From an uncultured delta proteobacterium (GTDB lineage: Bacteria > Myxococcota_A > UBA9160 > UBA4427): a DNA stretch of 64,000 nucleotides. Positions 10,090 through 17,560 of the stretch are shown here, one piece after another. Below the pieces are notes generated by a model that did no database searches, had not been told where the DNA came from, and saw only the letters and a program-made list of their open reading frames with translations. The stretch covers positions 768,001 through 832,000 of the forward strand of contig CAWGJT010000006.1 of assembly GCA_963822965.1 (NCBI GenBank). The letters are read 5' to 3'. Each line of letters opens with the position of its first letter. Positions within the stretch are counted from its first letter, which is position 1. The translations under genes and the position numbers were made by a program.

Positions 10090-13000
10090 AGCGGTTGCTG
10101 CTGTTGATCGTCGTCTTGACCCTGCCTCCTACGATCGCGAAGGCCTGGGACAACTTCGTGTCTCACGAACGCCTTTCGTTGAAGGCCATGCTCGCCATCG
10201 CTGACGATGAGACGACTCTCGACGCACTCGCGGAAAACCTGGGTCTCCGCGAGGGACTGGAGCAAGATCTCGGCCTGCAGCTCGGCTTCGATCCGATGGG
10301 GGTCGATCTCGACATCCAGCCGACGACCCTCGAGTCCCAGGCACCTGATCCGCAGAACTGCAATCCGATCCAGCGCAGCTGGCAAGGCAGCCGGCTGACC
10401 GACAACCTCAACAAGACCTCCGACGAGCCCGATCCTATCGACGGAGCGCTCTTCCCGTCGCCCGAGATCGGGGTGGTGCTGAACCCGCGCTGTCCCGACG
10501 GCGAGGATCACGCCGCCTGCGTCGAGGCGCTCTGCCGCTTCTCCGCCCAGACCTGGATCGAGCTCGGCACCTTCGCCGAGGACAACCCGAATGGTCGCGC
10601 CCAGCACCACTTCCACGATCCCGTGAAGCAGCACGTAATCCCCGGCAACCATGGGCTCGACAACCAGGATCCCGTCCTGCTCGGCTTGGACGCCCTCGTC
10701 GCCGACGGGCTCACCGCTGCCTTGCGAGGCGGGAGCTGGACTCAGTTCCTCGAGGGGCTCGCCCAGAAGCTGGGCTGGCGCTCGGAGGAGCGCGACCTCG
10801 GGAACTTCGACCTGCAGGGTTTGTCGGCCGTCGACCGGGCCCTCAACACGCCGAGAGACGGGGTCCCCGCCTCCGACGAGGGCCCCCGGAACCTCTTCGC
10901 CCTGCCGGACGCGGAACGCTACCTCTACCGCGCCGTCACGGCGCCCTACGCAGACGAGCGCGATAGCTTCACGACCCTCTACTTCCTGTCGCTCGGCCAC
11001 GTCCTGCACCTGCTACAAGACATGGGCAGCGTGGCCCACACCCGCAACGACTTCAAGTGGGACCACGTGGTGGTGCCCAAGCTCCTGCGGCTCGTGAGCC
11101 TGGAAGACGCACCGCGCCAGCAGGTTGGAGGCACGCTCGTCGCCGACTCCGTGCTGGCGTCCCTCATGGGCGACGCCTCGATCCCCTACGCGAAGCTCCA
11201 GCAGTACGCAGCAACGCCCGCGGGCCAGGGTCTGGACCTCGCCTCGTTCGATCCATCCCTGGGCCTCGAAAGCCTCGACGCGCTGCGGCGCCGCGAGGTC
11301 GGGGCCCTGTTCGACGAGGACCCGTTCACATCGCCGAACGGAGGGGGGCTGGCGGAGTACGTCAACACGCACTTCTTCAGCGCCGGATCCATCGAGGACG
11401 AGACCTCCGCCGACGGCTATGCGCTTCCCCTCATACCCGGGTGCGGCGACGTCGGCGACTCCGTCGGCTCGGGCGACGAGCGCGTGTCCGTTGCGGAGCT
11501 CCCCGCGCGCTCTCTGGCGACGGGCGAGTTCACGGGCGAGAGCGACGTCTACTACTCGTCGCGGGCGGTGCCGCATCTGGCCCGCTGCCGCTTTCACTCG
11601 CGAACCTTCGTCAACTCGCTCCCCAAGGCGCTCTGGCCCTGGATGGCGACCGTCGTGGACGAGACCGTGCAGCGCGACTACCTCGAGCTGATCTGGCCCC
11701 GCGTGATCCAGATGACCGCGGCGTTCCTCACCAGCCAGCTGTCGCCGCGGCTCGAGGTGATCCCGGAGAGCGAGGCCTCGTTCCGGCTCGCCAATGCCTC
11801 GCTCTTGCCGCTGCAGTTCGACCCCTCCGCGGTCGAGCTTGCCTACGACACGCTCGACCAGCAGACGGAGCTGCTACGAAGGGTCGTCGTCCCGATCCAT
11901 TGTGATTCGGAGTCGAACGAGGAGGTGCTTGCCGCTGCGCCGAAGTCCGGGGAGGTCGGTCCGGCCAGCGCCTTCCTTTGCCACATTCCAGAGTCACTCG
12001 ACGAGCCGGCAGCGATCCGCGACAGCTTCTCGATCCTGGTGCGCGGCGCCCTGGGACAGCGCGGGCAAACGGGCACGCGCGCCGAGTTCGACTCGCGCAA
12101 CAAGGATTTCGTCGTCGCGATGCGCCGCATCCGCCCCGCCGCGGTGATCGACCGCGTGACCCCCGGCACAGACGACGCGAGCGAGCAGGTCGACCTGCTG
12201 CGCATGTCGGTGGATCCCGAAGAGGGCTTCGCCCTGGGCGCGCCGGAGAACCTGACCGCGCGTCTCCGGACGGCGATCGGGAGCCAGATCGACGTGAGCT
12301 TTCCCACCGCGATTCCGGGGACCGGCCTGCTCGCGGTGCGCTCCGACGAGACCGTGCCGGCCGACCAGGACGAGCCGCTCTTCCGGACCGGGACACAGAC
12401 CGACCTCTACCTCTTCGATCGCATCGCCGCGACCGATCCGTCCAAGACCGGGTACCTCGGTCCTGCCCCCGACAGTCGCTACGACCATCTCAGCTTCGCC
12501 TCCGCTCAGGCGACCGCGACGCCGTCCGGAACGCTGATCTTCGCTCCCGCAGGGATCAGCGGGCAGAGGGGTCTGCGGGCCTACGTGCGCGATCCGAACC
12601 AACCGTTCTCGGGCACGTCCTCCCGGCCGGTCACCAGCCGCGGCGCGATCGCGATCCTGGACACGCCGTCTGCCGACGTGGTGGAGATGGAGCGCTGCGG
12701 CGAGCCCAAGCGCCTGGTGCCGATCTCGGAGACCGAGGCACTCGTCACTGCGGAGTGCACGCGGGCGACCTGGGACCTGGTCAGCCAGTCCCAGGTGCAG
12801 TTCGGTCGCTCGGCGGACAGCGTGTTCCTGGCGACCCTCGTGGATCAGGGCGCCGAGATCGAGGCGGTCTACACCGACGTGCTCGACGCCCAGTCTGCCG
12901 GGGCTGCGCGGGGCCTCGTCGCGTGCGCGGCGGACATCAGCGATCCGCTGTTCCCCTCGAGTCAACGGCCCGCCTGCCCGCCCTCGGCCGGGGCGATCCA

Positions 13001-13418
13001 GCGCGTTGGTGGGGCTCACATCGACTCCGTTCTCGTGGTCGGTACCCCGACGCGAAGGGTGCGGGTGTCCTTCCTTCACAACCTGAATCCCCAGTACAAC
13101 TCGGTCCCGGGTCCCACCAGCGATCTGCTCTATCTGGAGAGTCTGGAGGGCCAGGGCGACGAGGTGTACGACGTTGCGCTCGGGCTCCCCAATACGATGC
13201 GGGCCGAGAGCGCCTGGTCGCCCGACGGGAGCGTGATCGCCTTCCTCGACTCGGCGACGCAGCGACTGTCCTTTGTCGACGTCTCCGATCCGATGGCTCC
13301 CGGGGAACCGGTCACGCCGCTGCTGGTCGGCCCGCCGCCACGGCCGGGGTCCTCCCCCGACCCGCCTCCCCTCGTAGCAGCCTCCTTCAGCTGGGATGCG
13401 GGCCTACTCCTACCCTAG
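10086..13418 (+). CDS. Secreted Zn-dependent phospholipase C / S1-P1 nuclease-fold protein with beta-rich, TolB-like C-terminus
   Basis: Signal peptide AKA then mature W-D-N-F-V-S-H; HHFHDP; LGHVLHLLQDMGSVAHTRND; WSPDGSVIAF near the C-terminus. Confidence 0.75.
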   Translation: MKRLLLLIVVLTLPPTIAKAWDNFVSHERLSLKAMLAIADDETTLDALAENLGLREGLEQDLGLQLGFDPMGVDLDIQPTTLESQAPDPQNCNPIQRSWQGSRLTDNLNKTSDEPDPIDGALFPSPEIGVVLNPRCPDGEDHAACVEALCRFSAQTWIELGTFAEDNPNGRAQHHFHDPVKQHVIPGNHGLDNQDPVLLGLDALVADGLTAALRGGSWTQFLEGLAQKLGWRSEERDLGNFDLQGLSAVDRALNTPRDGVPASDEGPRNLFALPDAERYLYRAVTAPYADERDSFTTLYFLSLGHVLHLLQDMGSVAHTRNDFKWDHVVVPKLLRLVSLEDAPRQQVGGTLVADSVLASLMGDASIPYAKLQQYAATPAGQGLDLASFDPSLGLESLDALRRREVGALFDEDPFTSPNGGGLAEYVNTHFFSAGSIEDETSADGYALPLIPGCGDVGDSVGSGDERVSVAELPARSLATGEFTGESDVYYSSRAVPHLARCRFHSRTFVNSLPKALWPWMATVVDETVQRDYLELIWPRVIQMTAAFLTSQLSPRLEVIPESEASFRLANASLLPLQFDPSAVELAYDTLDQQTELLRRVVVPIHCDSESNEEVLAAAPKSGEVGPASAFLCHIPESLDEPAAIRDSFSILVRGALGQRGQTGTRAEFDSRNKDFVVAMRRIRPAAVIDRVTPGTDDASEQVDLLRMSVDPEEGFALGAPENLTARLRTAIGSQIDVSFPTAIPGTGLLAVRSDETVPADQDEPLFRTGTQTDLYLFDRIAATDPSKTGYLGPAPDSRYDHLSFASAQATATPSGTLIFAPAGISGQRGLRAYVRDPNQPFSGTSSRPVTSRGAIAILDTPSADVVEMERCGEPKRLVPISETEALVTAECTRATWDLVSQSQVQFGRSADSVFLATLVDQGAEIEAVYTDVLDAQSAGAARGLVACAADISDPLFPSSQRPACPPSAGAIQRVGGAHIDSVLVVGTPTRRVRVSFLHNLNPQYNSVPGPTSDLLYLESLEGQGDEVYDVALGLPNTMRAESAWSPDGSVIAFLDSATQRLSFVDVSDPMAPGEPVTPLLVGPPPRPGSSPDPPPLVAASFSWDAGLLLP

Positions 13419-13465
13419 AAGCGAGGCCGAGAGGGAAAGGGAACGGGAACTGCAGGGAGACGCAC

Positions 13466-14275
13466 TTGCCTCGCGGAAGCAATCAAGCCATCCACATCGT
13501 CGCCATGGGTGTCCTTCTGGGCATGCTCGCGTGCTCGGCATCGGAGCCCCCGCCGCGGGACTCCGCCGCCGACAACTCGCCGGTGGTCGCGCGCATCGGT
13601 CAACGCGAGCTGCGGGCCGCCGAGCTCGGCTCCCCGGCCCCCGATGCGACAGGTCGGCATCGTCAGCTCGAAGAGGCCATCACGCGCATTGTCGTGGCCG
13701 ACGAGGCCCGACGGCTCGATCTCGTCGCTTCCGATCCCAAGCTCGCGGAGGCGATCGCCCGGGTCCATCGCGAGGCCGTGCTGCGTGAGGAATCCCTGCT
13801 TCGGGATGCTCTCTTCGCCCAGGTCGCCGACGCGGCGGCGCCCACCGAAGAGGAGGTGCGTGCCGCGTACGAGGCGACGAAGGCGAACTACCGCGAGACC
13901 CAGCTCACCCTGCGCTTCACGCCCGCCAGCTCCCGCGCCGAGGCCGAGGCGCTGCTCGCCCAGCCGGCCGGGGCGGCGGCCTCAAGCGTCGACACGATCG
14001 GGCCCGCGGCGATCCGGCGGCTTCCCGCCAAGGTACTGCCCGAGGCGTTGACGCTGGCAACGCCGGGCGAACGCGCGGTCGCCGGCTCGGCCGAGGAGGG
14101 CTTCGGCGTGATCGAGCTGGTGGAGATCCTGCCCGCAGCACCGGTTTCCTACGAGGACGCGCACGAGCGGGTCGCGCGTTCGCTGCGCATGCGCGCCGGG
14201 CAGCAGGCATTCCGGAAGCGCATCGAAGCCCTTCGCAGCGAGCAAGACATCCAGGTGTTCGAAAAGGCGGAATGA
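13466..14275 (+). CDS. PpiC/PrsA-like foldase lipoprotein (degenerate parvulin)
   Basis: AGGGAG RBS + TTG start; lipobox-like MLAC; VVARIGQREL, PTEEEVRAAYE, GFGVIELVEI..PVSYEDAHERV pattern of the PrsA/PpiC family. Confidence 0.7.
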   Translation: MPRGSNQAIHIVAMGVLLGMLACSASEPPPRDSAADNSPVVARIGQRELRAAELGSPAPDATGRHRQLEEAITRIVVADEARRLDLVASDPKLAEAIARVHREAVLREESLLRDALFAQVADAAAPTEEEVRAAYEATKANYRETQLTLRFTPASSRAEAEALLAQPAGAAASSVDTIGPAAIRRLPAKVLPEALTLATPGERAVAGSAEEGFGVIELVEILPAAPVSYEDAHERVARSLRMRAGQQAFRKRIEALRSEQDIQVFEKAE

Positions 14276-14292
14276 GCCAGGCGCACCAGAGC

Positions 14293-14321
14293 ATAGGGCG
14301 GATGAGCCGGGCTTCCGCGTC
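14293..14321. repeat. Outer part of oriIS-like repeat copy B (continues at 17390-17441 after two IS insertions)
   Basis: ATAGGGCGGATGAGCCGGGCTTCCGCGTC aligns with 2762-2790. Confidence 0.8.
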
Positions 14322-15841
14322 TGTCGGCCCAAAGTACAGATGTCCGCCTTTCTCCAAAGTAGAAATGTCCGGTTCTCCTGGTTGACTCGGCCTCGACGGC
14401 TCGGCGCCTTGGCTGTGTGCGTCACGGTCGCGTCTCGATGGAGGATCTGGCCTCGGGCCGCCGCGGCGTCCCGGCACGCAGCAGCCGGGCCTCGCGACGG
14501 GTCGTGGAGGGCTTCGCGACCTTCGTTTGGGTACGCAAGCGCTGTTGCTCCTTGATGAACTCCAGCGCGGCCGAGAGCCGCTTGTTGTCGACGACTTCCC
14601 CCGGCCGCACGGCGTAGTCCTTCGGGAAGGCCGTGGCGAGCAGCTCGTGCTCGCCGTGCCAGAAGCGGAGCGAGCCGTCCTCCCGTTCCTCGATGCCGAC
14701 TGCTCTTCCGCGCGCGGCACGCGCCGCATCCGTCGGATCCAGCACGTAGAGCACCCGCTTGTAGTTCAGCGTCAGGCTCCTCGAGACGAGCCGGGTCTCC
14801 TGCAAGCTGAAGACCCGGTCCAGGTTCTCGAACGGCTGCAGGGGTCGGTGAGCATCATGCTCGCTCCGAGGGGCTCGCGCGAAGCGACGGTTGTAGTCTG
14901 CCATGAACTCCGGGGCAAAGGCGTTCGCGGCATCGACGTCGCGGATCTCGCGCAGCCGGAGCTCCTTCACGAGCCGGTCTTGCAGCGTCAGGTGTGCTCG
15001 TTCGACACGGCCCTTCGCCGCAGGGGTGTTGGCGCAGACGATGTCGATGTTCAGGCTGCAAAGGGCGCGGCCGAACTGCGTCACTCCAGCGCCGCCCTGG
15101 GGCTCCTTCCGGTTCACGCGGAACACCCCGGCCTTGTCGCTGTACAGCGCCACCGGCTTGCCGTGCTGCTCGAGGTAGGACCGCAGCGCCGTGAAGTACG
15201 AGAACGCGGACTCGGACTCACAGAAGAGCAGCTCCATCAAGGCGCTCGTCGCATCGTCCACGAACACCAGCAGGGTGCAGCGAGGGGCGCGCTCCTCGAA
15301 CCACTCGTGGTCGCAACCATCGATCTGAATGAGCTCGCCCCGACACGGCCGGCGGCGCCGGGGCTGCTGGATCCGCGGCTCGCGACGCGCCCGAGGCATC
15401 CACAGGCCGTCCTCGATCATCCAGTGCCGGAGCGTCTCGACCGAGAGCGGCAAGCCGTGCAGCTCCGTCAACTTCTCATGGGCGAGCGTCGGGCCGAAGC
15501 CCTCGTAGCGGGATCGGACGGTCGCCAGCGCCTCCCGGCGCAGCTCCACCGGCAACCGGCGATTGCTGGGCCGGCCGCGATGCTTCGACACCAAGCCCAC
15601 GGCGCCAGCTCGCTCATAAGCTCGCCGAAGGCGACGCACCTGCCGGCTCGTCACCCCCAGCATCCCCGCCGCTTCCCGCTGCGTCAGCCGCTTCTCGATC
15701 ACCCGCTCGATCACGCTCACGCGGTCCAGTTCCTCGTAGCTCAACGTCAGTGTCTCCATGCCCGCGGGAATAACCCGGGCCGCTGGAGAAAGCGGACATT
15801 TCTACTTGGGGGAAACCGGACATTTCTATCTGGGTACTACA
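14322..15841 (-). mobile_element. ISNCY/IS481-like element, type A, copy 2 (1520 bp)
   Basis: TGT...ACA ends flanked by 6-bp direct repeat CGCGTC (14316-14321, 15842-15847). Confidence 0.92.
14422..15759 (-). CDS. ISNCY-family DDE transposase
   Basis: Motifs GELIQIDGCDHEWF, VFVDDATS, LYSDKAGVF, AKGRVER. Confidence 0.95.
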   Translation of the reverse strand: METLTLSYEELDRVSVIERVIEKRLTQREAAGMLGVTSRQVRRLRRAYERAGAVGLVSKHRGRPSNRRLPVELRREALATVRSRYEGFGPTLAHEKLTELHGLPLSVETLRHWMIEDGLWMPRARREPRIQQPRRRRPCRGELIQIDGCDHEWFEERAPRCTLLVFVDDATSALMELLFCESESAFSYFTALRSYLEQHGKPVALYSDKAGVFRVNRKEPQGGAGVTQFGRALCSLNIDIVCANTPAAKGRVERAHLTLQDRLVKELRLREIRDVDAANAFAPEFMADYNRRFARAPRSEHDAHRPLQPFENLDRVFSLQETRLVSRSLTLNYKRVLYVLDPTDAARAARGRAVGIEEREDGSLRFWHGEHELLATAFPKDYAVRPGEVVDNKRLSAALEFIKEQQRLRTQTKVAKPSTTRREARLLRAGTPRRPEARSSIETRP

Positions 15842-15847
15842 CGCGTC

Positions 15848-17383
15848 TGTCAACGCCAGATAGAAATGTCGGCCTGTCTGCAAAGTAGAAATGTCGGGTT
15901 CTGCCTCTGCTCTGGCCTTCCGGCCGACAGGGGTCAATCCCCTGGAGGACGGACGTCCGCCTGCGCGGCTCAACCCGGGGCCGCAGCCTCCGCCTGCGCC
16001 GCGCGAATCCGCTCCTTCTGCCGGAGCGTGAGCTTGCTGCCGCGGGATAGGCGCTGGCGGTCCCGCTCCTGCTGATCCGCCTGGATCTTCGCCAGCACCG
16101 CGCCCAGGCGCTTGTTCGCGACGATGGCTCCCTGCGAGACGTGCGGGTTCTTGTCGAAGAGGGTGCGGGACGGGAGAAGCCGCCCTGCGTGGAAGATCTC
16201 GATACCTCCGTCCGCGGCCTCGTGCACGCGGCACGTCTCGCCCGCGAGCCGCAGGGTGTCCGGGCCGGGCTCCACCAGGTAGAGCACCCGCTTGTAGTGG
16301 AGTGTCAGGTTGCGTGTGAGCTTGCGGTGCTCCTGCCAGGTGAAGATCCGCGCGAGGTCTTCGTCGTCCCGGACGGGACGATGCGCATCGTGCGCGCTCG
16401 CGGGCTCGCGGCCGAAGCGCGCGTTGTAGTCCGCCTGGAACTCCGGCAGGTAGGCGTTGCCGGCCTCGGGCGTCGAGATCCCGCGCAGGCGGAGCTCCTT
16501 CACCAGCCGGTCCTGGAGCGTGAGATGAGCGCGCTCGACCCGACCCTTGGCCTGCGGACTGTTGGCGCAGACGATGTCGATGTTGAGCTCGGAGAGCGCA
16601 CGGCTGAACTGCGTGATTCCGGCCGTCTGCCGCGCCTGCGAGTTCGACACGCGGAAGATGCTCGCCTTGTCGCTATAGAAGGCGACGGGCTTGCCGTAGC
16701 GCTCGAGGTAGGCCCGCGTCGACGCGAAGTAGTCGAAGGCGGACTCCGAGGCCACGAAGCGAAGCTCCTGGAGCCGACTCGTCGCGTCGTCCACGTAGAC
16801 GAGCAGCGTGCAGCGGGACCCGCGATCCTCGAACCAGTCGTGGTCGCAGCCGTCGATCTGCACGAGCTCGCCGAGACACGACCGTCGATGGCGGGGCTGA
16901 TGGGCGCGGCGCGGTCGCTGCGAGCGGGGCACCCACACGCCCGCATCGATCATCCATCGGCGCAGCGTCTCGCGGGAGACCACGACGCCGTGTTGCTCCG
17001 TGAGCTTCTCACACGCGAGTGTTGGCCCGAAGTCGGCGTAGCGGGCTCGGACCAGACCCAGCGCGTGCTCGCAAACCGCCTCGGGCAGCTTCCGGTTGCT
17101 GGGACGACCGCGCTTGCGCGAGACGAGCCCGCCGGCTCCGTCCGCCCGCAACGTTCGGCACAGGCGCTCGACCTGGCGCAGGCTCAGGCCCAGCTGCTCC
17201 GCGGCCTGGCGCTGGGTCAGCCGCCGTTCGATCACACGGCCCAGCACCTCGAGCCGGTCCAGCTCCTTCGCGCTCATCGTCCAGGTTCTCGCACCGTCCA
17301 TGTCGGCCTCCCGGCCCGACACGGTGCCTGGAACCCGACATTTCTAAGTTGCTCAAACCCGACATTTCCATTTTGCGCCTACA
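15848..17383 (-). mobile_element. ISNCY/IS481-like element, type B, copy 2
   Basis: Same as 525-2060; flanked by CGCGTC on both sides (15842-15847, 17384-17389). Confidence 0.92.
15970..17322 (-). CDS. ISNCY-family DDE transposase
   Basis: Translation identical to 647-1999. Confidence 0.95.
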   Translation of the reverse strand: MSGREADMDGARTWTMSAKELDRLEVLGRVIERRLTQRQAAEQLGLSLRQVERLCRTLRADGAGGLVSRKRGRPSNRKLPEAVCEHALGLVRARYADFGPTLACEKLTEQHGVVVSRETLRRWMIDAGVWVPRSQRPRRAHQPRHRRSCLGELVQIDGCDHDWFEDRGSRCTLLVYVDDATSRLQELRFVASESAFDYFASTRAYLERYGKPVAFYSDKASIFRVSNSQARQTAGITQFSRALSELNIDIVCANSPQAKGRVERAHLTLQDRLVKELRLRGISTPEAGNAYLPEFQADYNARFGREPASAHDAHRPVRDDEDLARIFTWQEHRKLTRNLTLHYKRVLYLVEPGPDTLRLAGETCRVHEAADGGIEIFHAGRLLPSRTLFDKNPHVSQGAIVANKRLGAVLAKIQADQQERDRQRLSRGSKLTLRQKERIRAAQAEAAAPG

Positions 17384-17560
17384 CGCGTCAGGTCCGGGTA
17401 GGGACGTTATGTCAATCCCCCAGAGGGGCCCGGCGGCGGGGCGATTTCAAGCTGCGGAAGGGGCGGGTTGTCACCCGGGGCGGCTCAGCGGGGATCTCGG
17501 GGCGAGCGTGGGCCCACGGGGCTCGGGGGAGGTCGATGACAGGGGCTTCGGTCGGTCTTG

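Noticed and set aside
14293..17441. Integron attC/attI interpretation of the 80-bp repeat
   Set aside because: No RYYYAAC...GTTRRRY boxes and no integron integrase; position and CCTAT end fit IS91 oriIS better.
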